In this document: positions 13,515-25,649 of the stretch, in pieces | Layout of the letters: each line of letters starts with the position of its first letter | How positions within the stretch are numbered: the stretch's first letter is position 1 | Assembly (NCBI RefSeq): GCF_008831285.2 | Contig: NC_045138.2 | Span: forward strand, 8,308,001-8,372,000 | Reading direction: 5' to 3' | Origin: Nymphaea colorata | Taxonomy: Eukaryota | Length of the DNA stretch: 64,000 bases | Made by a program: the position numbers and the translations under genes | Notes under the pieces: generated by a model | Database searches by the model: none | The model's input: the letters and a program-made list of their open reading frames with translations, nothing else | Told to the model about the DNA's origin: nothing

Positions 13515-15416
13515 ATGTCTTCCAGCATTGGAAATGAAGAATATCATCTGATGGAAGATATGGAGAAAAATGAATTTTTGCATCTACTGAAAGGAAGTTA
13601 AATCCCAGAGGAAAAGAACTTCAATAGTATGGAATAACTTCACATTAGTATGATTTAAGAGAAAAGAGTTTGCAAAATGCAACCATTGTGGTAAACAATT
13701 AGGTGGACATAGTTCCAATGATATGAGCTACCTAAAACGACATAGAGATGCATGTGCTGAAAAACAAGTTACTGATGGAAAACAACGAACTTTCTCATTT
13801 GGAATTAGTAAATCTGGCGCCACTTCTTTATGTCTACATAAATTTGATATGGAGACCATAAGAAAATGTATAGCTAAGTGTACAATAATGCATGTATTTC
13901 CTTTCAGTTTTGCAGAATATGAATAGCATAATGATCTTCTAAAGGCTTGTAATTCAAGCTTTGTTCCATTTTTTAAAAAAACATTACAAAAGAGGTTCAG
14001 TCAATGTTCAAGACTGAAAAAATAAGATATCAAAAAGTTTTATATAACCATGTGCAGTGCGTTTCATTGACATTTGATACTTATGCTTGACAACCCAACA
14101 TATTGATACAAATTGACAATCACACTCTCTTATACTTAATTTTATACATGTCTCCACCACATAATGCAAGTTGTATATCTGACATTTTATGAGAGTGCAT
14201 TACTACTAAGTGGAAAATTCGATCGAAGTTGTTTTTTGTTACTACTGATAACTGTTCAACAAAAGATAGTGAAATATGTTTACTAGGAAGGACCATAGAA
14301 AGAAAAAACAATATTTCATTTCCATTGAAAGAAGAACAATTTCATGTTCATTGTGGTACACATATTACAAAATCTCATGGTTAAAGATGGTATGAATGAT
14401 ATTGATGATACAATTTCAAAACTCATGACAGTGTCAAATATGTAAGGGGATCACCAAATTGACAACATGCTTTCAAGCATTGCATGAAGGCAATAAGTTT
14501 GGATGAAAAAAAAAAGTTTAAACTATGATGTTCCTACTCGATGAAATTCTACATTTATAATGTTGAGAGATGCATTGTTATCCAAAGATGTCTTTCAACA
14601 TTTTACATTGTGTAATCCTAATTACGCATGTCTGCCTTCTGAGGATGTGTGGTCACGTGCATCTAATTTATGTCAGTCCTTGAAAGTATTCTATAATGCA
14701 ACAAATCTATTCTCTACCACTAAGTAGGTAACATCTAATCTTGTTTTTGAAGAAATTTTATCAATTTACCATCATTTGCGTAGGCATCGTGGAACATCAA
14801 ATGAATATATAAGAGCAGGCATACAAAATGGAAGAAAATTTTGACAAATACTTTAAGAGCTACAATATTATCTTTGCAATTGCACTTGTTTTGGATCATA
14901 GTTCAAGTTGTCATACTTAAAGTATTTGTTTGTAGATTTAGATAAACTTGATGCAACGACATATGAAGTTATGAAAGCATCATTCATGAATTGTATGTTG
15001 AGTACAAAAATATATATGATGATAGTGACACAAGTAATATGCAAAGGAGCAATGCATCCACTAGTACTATGATTGCAACAGAAGAGTATAGAAGTGTGGC
15101 TACATATGAGTTGAATGCATATTTCAGCTCTGTATCTAATGTAGTGGCTCACACTGATCTAGAAAAATATTTGATTGATCCAATGGAAGAAATTGCACCT
15201 ACTGTAGACTTCAATTTATTATCTTGGTGGAAGACAAATAAAAACAAATATAAAATTATAGGAAAGATAGCTCGAGATGTATTATCCATTCTTGTATCTA
15301 CATTTGCTTCAGAATTTGCATTCAGTATATTAGGAAGAATTTTTAATAATTATCGATGTTCAACTACTCTTGAAAATGTTGAATCATTAATCTGCACACA
15401 GAGTTGGATTCATTAG
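13515..15416 (+). pseudogene. hAT transposase (BED-finger, DAYSLEEPER/RICESLEEPER-like) with stops and frameshifts
   Basis: BED finger (SIVWNNF..CNHC..LKRHRDAC), MHVFPFSFAEYE, HVHCGTH (CxxH), DVPTR*NST (TRWNS), and dimerisation domain LSWWK..ARDVLSILVSTFASEFAFS..ESLICTQSW. Confidence 0.92.
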
Positions 15417-18400
15417 GCATGCAACTTGTATGAAACGTAAGATGTTCATAGTTCAATCTAATTTATTTTACATATTAACATAGTAGAGTGCTTAAATTAA
15501 TATGTGTTAAAGTTCTCATGATGCGGAGCAAAATTCTGACGAGGAAATTTAATCCAATGCATGATTATCGTGGTAATTTCTTTTTTTTTTCAATTTGTAG
15601 TGTTTAGTATTCTATTTATGTAATTTGTGAACTAACTATTGTAAATCTTTTGAAGGTAAGATCTTTTATGGTGCGGAGTCACAGATAAACGTATGGTAGC
15701 ATGAAATGTTGATGTAAAACTCTTGGAATGTAAACTTTTGGATATTAAACTTGTGGCTCTAAATATAGGAAAGGATGTGGTTTGTACATCTAGCAATAAC
15801 TCTACGTATGAATTGGGATGCTCATTATAACTTTACTCTCTTCTACTTTTGGATTTCATATTGTTGCACTGTTTTCTTTTGTTCTAGCTCCTTTTTGCAC
15901 TTCTTCCTTATACCTCAATAATAGAGAAAAACTGAATTAGAAGTCATTTCTTCCATTAGTGGCAGTCTTTGACTTTGTTCTCCTTTATGGCCTTGTTTAT
16001 GTTATTGTTTGTAACCAAGTGAAAGATGTTTTGAGTGTGTGATCATGTTTAAGAGTATTGGTTGTAACTATGTGATGATTAAGAATATTGGTTCTAAATC
16101 TTCTTGTGTAAAGAAAAATGTTATGGCCTTGTAATTGTAATGTTCAAATTTAACATTTGAATAATTATAAAATTTGAATTGAATTGATATGGTGTGGACC
16201 ACACCGTGTGGTGAGTCAGCTTAACTTATAATTAACTACTTAATGTGAAATAGTGAGAGTTGAGAAACCACGTAATGCTACTGGAAAACCAGGCCAATGG
16301 ACGAGGGGCCAAATCCTGATCCCACGTGACCCGACCCGGCACAACCTGGCCCGGCGTGTTTAGCTGTTAAAACCGGGCCAGGCTGGGCCTGGTCGGGCCT
16401 CAGACATGGTTGACTAGGCCCGGTACCCAGCCCGTTAATAGTTGCGCCAGGTAGTGGGCCGGGCTGCACTGGCCCGGCCTGATGCCTAAGCCTAATTTTA
16501 ACAACAGGTTGACTAGCCAATGGCTAGTCCCAATGGCTCGCTTTAGAGCAGTGGGGACCTAGCTAAATGGCTAGCTCTCGTGACAACCTTAAGAAACATA
16601 TAGAGGTTCCAAAGAGTTTATAGTTGCAACCAATAACTTATTTTGGAACATCTAACTCCGTTTGTGACCCTTGAAGTGATATTGCATGAATTTATTCTAT
16701 AAGTTGTAAAACAGTTTTCTAACTACTTATCAATGGCATTTCTATTTGTTAACATTCCTCATCTACATGCCCTAACTCATTAAGAAACTATAACAGTAAA
16801 TATTATTAGCAAATGTTTCTCACAAAGAATCTAATCCAAACATATTAATTGTGAGAACTAATCCACACCATTTTTCTCATAGGTGCTTGAGAAGGAGCAT
16901 CTATACTTGTCTACTTGGAATAGAAGTAATAGGCTGCCAACAAGAAAAGTTGTCAGGCCATAATAAGTATCTGTGTCCAAGTAAAGCATTAGGTTCATAA
17001 GGATAGATAACTCAACAAGAAACTCTACATAAAAAACAATATTGTACTAATATACCTTTCCAAATGAAAAAATTGATAAGCCATGAACTCTTTAATGCAT
17101 AACAAGTTAAGTTTAGAAATATAGCATCCAGTAGTAGCAGGATCAAGTAAGCACCCTTTGGATGCAGATTAATGAGCATGAATCAATTAGGAGAAATGAA
17201 AAATGTCGATAGATCTTTCAATATTACAACATGTGAAAATGTCAAACAAAAAAATGTAGTCATTTCTACCAAATAGAACCCAAAAATGGGGGTAATAAAT
17301 TTGCTATAGAGAACCAGGAAGGAAGTTACATGTTTATATCATTGTAGCTCCACATATAGATAGGAGAAACTCATAATAATGAAAAAGAGAGGAAGCAATT
17401 TGCAACTTCCTCTGTCAAAATGTCCTATTAATTTATGATGTTTTCTTGGGCAAGGTTCCTATCAAGTGCTACAATTTAAGTTATCGCCCTCCTTTTAATG
17501 CATCGATTAGGAAAGGGAGCTCCTAGACAAACACAAGGGTGAAAATACATTTTTTTCAATTTCCTTACTATCCCTTGGGTGTCACAAGAAGAATATCTAA
17601 GAAGGAAGGGACCATTTTCTGCTTTTCCAATAGAAGACAACAAAAAGTGGTGCACTGAAGTAAAAGAAGCAAGAAATAGACACAAAATTTCTCAACTTAT
17701 TCACCTTGACCATCCTTTTACTGAGGAAAACTATGAACATGAGACCAGCGAAAGATGGAAAAAAGACAAGGAATAGCAACAATCTTGATGGCGATCAAAG
17801 TCCACAAAAGAATTGGGGAAAGTCACAAAGTATCACTTCGAGGATGAAACACATAGGAAGCACTTGAAGTCAATGACACACTAATCTCACAAAGTACAGA
17901 GTGACAAGATAGTTCTCCAAAGCAAAGATATGCCCAGTGTCATCTCCCAGTTAGTTGCCTTCAAGAGGCAAAGACCTTTGATGCAATCCAGTAAGGCAGT
18001 CACCAGTCCTGATCCAAAACGCTCCACATATACTATGGGGGAGATAAACCATTGTAAGTAGCAGCATAAAGTGATATCCATTTACTTCTCATAGTCCCTA
18101 TCAAGAATAGTGTCACAATCTGGCAAGAAACCTAGGGCAAGATGTCAAAATTCCATTAGGGTAAACAAACCCTAAAAGGTGAAAAGTCGTACTTAGGAAG
18201 AAATTTGCAAGAGAGTAAGGCCAACATAGAGTCAATCCTCGTCTTCCTCTCTTTCTCTTCTTTCTGACCCGATAAATCAATCAGTTGGTCAATGATCTTC
18301 TTTATTTCTCATGAATCAGAGCTTTAAAATTGAATAACCTCTGTGTGTGTGTGTTTCTATTTGTCACAATCAAATATTTGACTTCCCACTTGAGAATCTT

Positions 18401-20260
18401 TGTGCAGGAGTATTTCACTCTCATGCAAACTGATTTCCCATCCATGACAATTGTACAAATAGGCAATCATCATAGTGGGTATTGTGTTTTTTTGTAGTGT
18501 AGTCAAGTGCAACTAAGAACTTGTGGAACCAATTTTGAGGGTTTGCTTGATGCAAACCATAAAGAAACTTGTTTCACCTATACACATGAGACTCCCTCAC
18601 TTCTGCATATCCTAGTGGCAATGTCATATAAATAGTTTCTTTTAGATCACTATGAAGAAATACATAATATACATCCATTTGCTGCCATATCCAATTTCAA
18701 TTCACTGCCACCATTGAAAGACACCTTATTTTACCATCTTTGCCAATACTAAAGGTTCTATGAAATTCTAGTCCCACAATTTGTGAGTAGTCCATTGGCT
18801 ACTAGGCATGCTTCATGTCTTTCAACTTGTCCATCAGTCTTATATTTTGTTCTATACAACACCCCTTCACAGCCAATGGGTGTCACTCCTTTGGGGCATA
18901 AGCATCCATGTTCCATTCTATCCTGAGACTCTTATCTCTACTGCCATAACATCTCTCCAGCATGAATATTGACTCGCTTCACCAAAGGAGGTAGGATCTA
19001 GTTGAATGGTTACGTCAAACTAAGAAAGCCTGGTGAGATGGAGAGAATCTATCAAAATGAAATAACATTGGGCAATAGGTATTTGATGTTGTTGATCTCA
19101 TCTTTGATGAGGGATGTGTGGTGGTTTTTGAGGATCCCATATTGCAATAAAGATCCCTAAGAGAACTAATAACTTGTGGATTTGAGTGGAATGACAACAT
19201 TCAAGATGAACTAAAATTGGATGCTCAACTTGACTAATGGCTTTAGAAAGGTGAGTTGGTTTCAGTTTTAATGAGACTCTCACTATAATGCTGATAACAT
19301 GTGGTTCCAGTCTACTCATTCAAATTGGTATGGGTTGTCTCATGACTTGTTTCAAGTGGTTCATGAGATTGTTCACCCATTACTAGAGACTCATAACTTT
19401 ATGATGTATTGTCATCCAATGGAAGTGAGAAAATAGCTTAGTCATTCTTTGTTTGAGTTAAATTAATTTTTTTTATAAGGAATATAACATCTCTACTATA
19501 AAGCAATTTGTTATTTTCTAAATCATAAAGAAGATATGCTTTTCTTCCAAAAGGGTATCTCAAGAACATACATTTAAGCACTCTATTGCCAAATTTATCT
19601 TTTAGATTTAAATTGCCACATAACAAAGACACCCACATATGTATAGATGTGAATATGAACGTTTCCTTTGAAAAAGCATTTCAAAGGGGTCTCATTTTTG
19701 AGTAGTGATGATGGTGTATGATTTATCAAATAGAAAGATGTCATCGTCCACTCTCCCTGAAATTTTTATTGAGAGACTTGTTTGAAATATTAATGCTCGT
19801 ACAACAAACACTATATGACAATGATTCATTTCAATGACACCATTTTTCTGAGTATATGCACAACTAAACTCATGTATAATTCATTTCTCATGAAGTATCT
19901 CCTCTACTTCATGTGACACAAATTCTAAACCATTGTCTGACCTAATTTTAAGAACATTTGATGCAAATTGAGTTTCAATAGGATGGAGAAAATATTTCAA
20001 TAAGTATTTGGTTTTGCATTTATGACTCATTGGGAAGACCCATGTTGTTCTTGTAAAATCATCAACACTTGAAAAGTAATGAGCTCCTAACAATGAGGGC
20101 TGTCAATAAGGTCCCTCTATGTCACAATCAACAATTTCAAAAGCTCTAGTAGATGAAATTTCACTCACGTCAAAACAAAGTCTTGTTTATTTTACCATTC
20201 ACACATTTCACATGGACATTCTAAAAGTTTAATTTTAGGACAATAAGCAGAAAATAACTT

Positions 20261-21098
20261 GTTTCTAGATTATGAAGGATGTCCTAATCTCAAACATCAG
20301 ATTCTGACGTTCACACTCAAGGCATTTACTACAATAGAAATAGATTTTCTAGGCTTTGATGAATGTTCATACTAGTGGTATTTAGAGTAGCAGAAACAAG
20401 AATTTGGGATTAGAATGGATGTAAGACTAGACTGATTTGAAACTCAAAGCCATCAGATCACATGTTGGCATTTATGTAGCAGGTACTTATTATGCAACAT
20501 ACTTATCCTCTGAGTTCACGAACTCCAATCCTCATCTTGGACATCGAGTCCTGCATAATATATTCAAATGAACCAAAAATTAGCTAGAGGTTCAATGACT
20601 TTATCAATTGGCTAACATATAGGAGGTTGAACTTGAAACTTGAAACATACATGACATTGAACAGTGTCATAGATATATAGTTTCTAGATTATGAAGGATG
20701 TCCTAATCTCAAACATCAGATTCTAACGTTCACACTCAAGGCATTTACAACAATAGAAATAGATTTTCTAGGCTTTGATGAATGTTCATAATAGTGGTAT
20801 TTAGAGTAGCAGAAACAAGAATTTGGGCTTAGAATGGATGTAAGACTAGACTGATTTGAAACTCAAAGCCATCAGATCACATGTTGGCATTTATGTAGCA
20901 GGTACTTGTTATGCAACATACTTATCCTCTGAGTTCACGAACTCCAATCCTCAACTTGGACATCGAGTCCTGCATAATATATTCAAATGAACCAAAAATT
21001 AGCTGGAGGTTCAATGACTTTATCAATTGGCTAACATATAGGAGGTTGAACTTGAATCTTGAAACATACATGACATTGAACAGTGTCATAGATATATA
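20261..21098. repeat. 419-bp direct tandem duplication inside the Copia
   Basis: Units 20261-20679 and 20680-21098; about eight substitutions and no indels by eye. Confidence 0.95.
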
Positions 21099-21425
21099 TT
21101 TGAAGTTAATGCCACAAGTCCTGGATGAGTGTCAAAGACAAATGTATGATTAGGCAATCAATAAAAGGTGGAGTTTTAAGGTTCACCATGTCAGACGTAA
21201 GAGAAAGCATAGGCATCAAATAGTCACTAGTGCCACTATCAATGGCTCAAATGTCCCTTGGAAAGATAGCCATACCTGCAAGGTTTAGATTAGAATAAGA
21301 ATCTTTTCTTTGAGCAATTGAACCATTTGTTTATACTCCTCCATGGTGAACCGAAGCACAACATCCTTGTTGGCTTTGGATGTTACAACAGATGAAACTT
21401 GAGTCGCATTGGGTGAGGATGGAGA

Positions 21426-22759
21426 CAGGAATGTACATGAGCCAAATCAAGCTTGAGCTTAGCCTGACTCATGTATTGCTTGGCTCGAGCTTGAGTTGAG
21501 TTTTACAGGATCAGCTCGAATTCGACTTGATAATCTAAGTCCAAGCTTGAGCTCAACTCGTTAAGCTCATCAATTATTTTTTGGCACTTACAAATTTGTT
21601 TTCCTGCTCGAAATTGTCTTATTTCTATCATTCCATCTCAAAATCGAACAAATAAATCAAAATAATATCAACTCATAAAAGGAAAATATTGCCAATCACT
21701 ACAGAGTTTACACTTACAGTCAATCTATAAACAAAACGATATGTGTCTAGGGACAATCATCATGCATGAGTTTCAACTCCAAAGATAGAGGAAGACAATG
21801 ATAGAACCAAGTTAGAGTAATCAAGAGGATGTATAAGCATCACAATTACCAACAATCCACAAATTTCTCAAAGAGGAAAAGATAAGAGTTGAGGAAAACA
21901 AATGTACCAGATAAAAGAAGTTCTCGACTTCCATGCCCTCACCTACATAAAAAGTCCAAAATCAGATATAGTTATCCTCAATCTCATTCCTTAAAACCAA
22001 GAAATAAAGGTAGAACATGAAAACATGAGACCTTACAAGTCTGATTTTTAGATGATTTAAATAGAAACTAGGTTATCCTGCATTGGGTCAAAACCACAAT
22101 CAAACATGGCCACTAACAGAAAGAAGCAAAGTGGGGACAACAGGATGTGCTCAATGCTAGAATTTATACTTTCCATCCAACTAAGGTGGTTGATGTGTTT
22201 CGGCATAAATGATCATGGACAAAAATGTTGGGGCGATGGTGGATGGAAATGGACAGTAGGGCAATGGTAGATGGTGATGACAAAACGATGGTGGATGGCA
22301 GCATTCTGGTGCGAAGGACAATGAAATCTCATTGAGGACAATGAAACCTAATGACAGAAATGACAATTAAATCTGACGGTTAAGAAATGAAGAAACTGCA
22401 ACAATAAGGAACAACAGCAAAGGGGCAATGCCGAACCAATATTAGCAAATTGTGGCATCAGCAAGTAGTGCAAAGGCTAGAGCCAAAGAAAGACAGAGAG
22501 CATGCGAGGGAAACAAAGAGGAGGAGACTACTACCAAGCATGAGTGCCAAATGAGAGGGTTATAGTTTAACCCTAAAGTTAAGCCAACTCCAATTTAAAC
22601 GAGCTGAATTTGTGCAATTTGAAGTTAACTTGTTTATGAACTCGGGTTTAAATTTATGCTCAAACGGCGCTCATCCAAGAAGCGAGCTGAGCTCAAGTAA
22701 AGTTCAGATGGGTGGTTTTGAGTCCAGCTTGATTAGGTTCGACTCGTTGAACATCCCTA
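21426..22759. mobile_element. Non-autonomous hAT inserted in Copia gag
   Basis: TIRs CAGGAATGTACA / TGAACATCCCTA, degenerate 8-bp TSD GATGGAGA (21418-21425) / GATGGAAC (22760-22767), and CGAGC-rich subterminal repeats. Confidence 0.8.
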
Positions 22760-22949
22760 GATGGAACCACAAATGCCACATTGGAATTTGTGTTTGAACC
22801 AAAGGACTTATCACCATCAATTCTGCCCACTTTAGTTGAGGGATTTTTGCCATTGGAAAGGAGCTTATGAAGTTTATAGCAATGATCCATAAAGTGTCAA
22901 GGCACTTCATAGTAAGAACAATTTTGTCCAGCCTACCATTAACACCCTC

Positions 22950-25640
22950 CAGTGGCTGCACCCTTGCCGGATGCAGCCATCTATGCTGGTTGCATCTTTA
23001 CCATAGCATCTGCAGGCCACTTAGCCCTTCTACCACCTGCCATCCTCACAACACCGGCTGTGACAGCCCTTTTTTGTCATCCTCTTCTTTATGCCGTACA
23101 TCATTTTGACTTAGCCAGCCTTCGAGCTGTCAGTATACTATGAGCAACACCATCAATACATGACTGCTCAATGGCCGAACACCTACCTCCTCTACATGCA
23201 CCATATGCACACTACAAGCACCATCCACCTCACTATGGTTTGTGTATGCTTTACTGGCATCATCCACAGATACCACACTACATGGCTTGGGCATTTCATG
23301 AAAAACATTATATGTATGATTACAAGCACCCACAAAGGTCATGTCCTCCTTCACCTTGCATTGATGATTATATGCATGATAATGAGCATGGCCATAAGAA
23401 TATGTAGGAACCAGCCTAGCATTATCTTTCACCCTCAACAGTCCTTTGTCTAATAGAACTCATTCCATACCTCAAATCAAAATAGAGTTTCCCAAATTTG
23501 ATGATAAGGATTCCAAAATGTGGTTTTTCAAAGCTGAATGGTTTCATTTGTCAGGCCATACCCTATGCCCGTATGTCTCCATCACTACCCTACACTTCGA
23601 AGGTGAGGCTGCCCATTGGTATCAGTAGCTATACAACACCATCCGGTATATTGTTTGGGACATGTTAGCATAGGAGATGACCACCTGTTTTGGAGAGTCC
23701 TCATTCATGAAATATGTTATAGAGCTTAAAAACTTGAAAATGACCAGCCCTCTACATTAGTATATTGCCAAGTTCGACAAGTTGAGTACGATGCTAGGAA
23801 CCATCTCACCAAGAACCCTTGTTGTTTCTTACATTGGAGGACTCCAGGAACATATCCAGATAAAGGTTCTGGCCATCCAACCAACTACCATTCAAGAACA
23901 TTTTTGGTTGACCAAATATTCAGATGAGAAAACTAGAAAGTTGTCTGCATAAGGATGATCTATTACTAGAAAACCCAATAGAGAAGTCCCACCCTACTTA
24001 GCCCTAAGTAAACCCTTGTTAGCCCATTTCAAAACTTGCTAGTTCTAGTCTGTCTTCTACACCTAAGATTAAATATTTCACTAGGTAGCAACAAGAAGAA
24101 TGATAGAAAAAAATGCTTATGTTACAAATGTGACCAGAAATGGTACAGAGGCCACAAGTGTATAAATATTAAGGCCTTGTTATTCAAGGACTCCGAGGAC
24201 GAAAAAAGAAGTATCATCTGAAGAAGAGAACTCTTTCAGTGATGAAGAAAACAGCAAGCAAGACGAAGTTGGTGAGAACAATGTTACCTATCATACCCTT
24301 ACTGCAGCCAACACACCTAACTCCATGCTTGTCAAGGGTAGAATAGGTGGCACTAAATTAGATGTGTTAGTGGATACTGACTCTACACATAATTTTGTGG
24401 TGAAAAAATCGTACAGTCCATTTGATACCCACTCAAAGACTCTCCTTAGTTTGATGTCATAGACAAAACAAAGCTATCATGCCAACACATGTGCCAAGAT
24501 ATTAAAGTCCAACAACAAAAAAATAATTTCAATGTGGACCTATATGTTAGATATGCTTTTGGGAATGCATTGACTTAGGATGCTAGGCGAAGTTACTTAG
24601 GACTTCAACAAAATGTATATGTCCTTTCCTATGGGAAAGAAACAAACCAAAATTAAGGCTTAAATTTCATCTATGCATATAGAACCCAAGGAGGCCCTCA
24701 AAGTCCTTCAGGTAAGTCTCAGAAGTTTCATGCTATTTGCATATATTGTAGAGAGACAACCACAGTCGTATGAAAGGGAGGTTACAATAAAATTGGCATA
24801 TGTTCATAGAGAGTTCTCCACTGTCTTTATGTGGCTTTACTAGTTTGCCTCCTAAATGTATTTATGTCCATCACGTCATACTTGAGGTAGGCATGAAGCC
24901 CATGAACTATTATGCCTATATCCAAAAGAATGAGATCAAGGAACTGGTGAAAGAGATGCTTAATAGTGGAATCATCAGACCTTCCTCTATCTCCTATTCA
25001 TCTTCTGTCCTTTGGGTGAAAAAGAAAGACAATACCTAACAGTTTTATTTTGGCTATCGAGTCCTGACCTCAAAAGCACTTGCTACTTCACAAAGATGGA
25101 CATCCAAACTAGATATCATCAGTTTGAGATGACCTCTCAAGATGTAGAAAAGTCAATGTTTCGGACTTATGATAGACAATATGAGTTCTTGATTGTGCTA
25201 TTGAGACTTACCAATGCACCGACAACATTCTAGAGGGCCATGAATGACCTATTCAGAACTTTCTTACAGAAGTTCATGTTGGTATTCTTCGATGACATCT
25301 TTGTGTATTCTTGCACTTGGGATGACCATCTTGAATATGTTTGTGTTGTGTTCGATGTACTATAGGAGCACTACTAATATGCCAAACGCTCCATGTGCAC
25401 CTTTGATCCTCAAGAGGTGGCCTACCTCGACCACATCATCAGTTATCGTGAGGTGTAAGTTGACCCAAATGAGCTTCAGGCCAATGAGTGATGGGTAACA
25501 TCAACGGATCACAAATTCTTACATGGTTTCTTGGGCATGATTGGATATTATTGTCAGTTTATACATCATTATGGCCACATTGCTTCTCCGCTCACTAAAC
25601 TCATGAAAAAGAATTCATTTGTCTGCACAAAGAAGGTCAT
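22950..25640 (+). mobile_element. Ty3/Gypsy (chromovirus-like) gag-PR-RT-RH remnant
   Basis: KIEFPKFDDKD..WFFKAE, LHFEGEAAHWYQ, knuckle CYKCDQKWYRGHKC, protease VLVDTDSTHNF, RT IIRPS..YSS..LWVKKKD, LTNAPTTF, LVFFDDIFVYS, and GYYCQFIHHYGHIASPLTKL; many stops. Confidence 0.9.
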
Positions 25641-25649
25641 TGCAGCATG

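Larger units (their letters stand above)
10127..16494 (+). mobile_element. hAT DNA transposon (defective)
   Basis: TAGGCTT...AAGCCTA termini, GGCCC/CCGG-rich subterminal blocks at 10140-10295 and 16290-16490, and an internal transposase remnant. No 8-bp TSD is visible (GTCCAGTA vs ATTTTAAC), so the exact ends are uncertain. Confidence 0.8.
18390..22945 (-). mobile_element. Truncated Ty1/Copia internal region (gag knuckle to RT), interrupted by a hAT
   Basis: Minus strand: CSYYEVP*HFMDHCYKLH knuckle (~22875-22925), integrase HYF..VDDFTRTTWVF..KIRSDNGLEF (19881-20093), KCMFLRYPFGRKAYLLYDL, and RT remnants 18400-18960. No LTRs seen. Confidence 0.85.

Noticed and set aside
17570..18100. Short charged ORFs (e.g. 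17579-17776)
   Set aside because: No recognisable domain; probably decayed retroelement sequence but not assignable.
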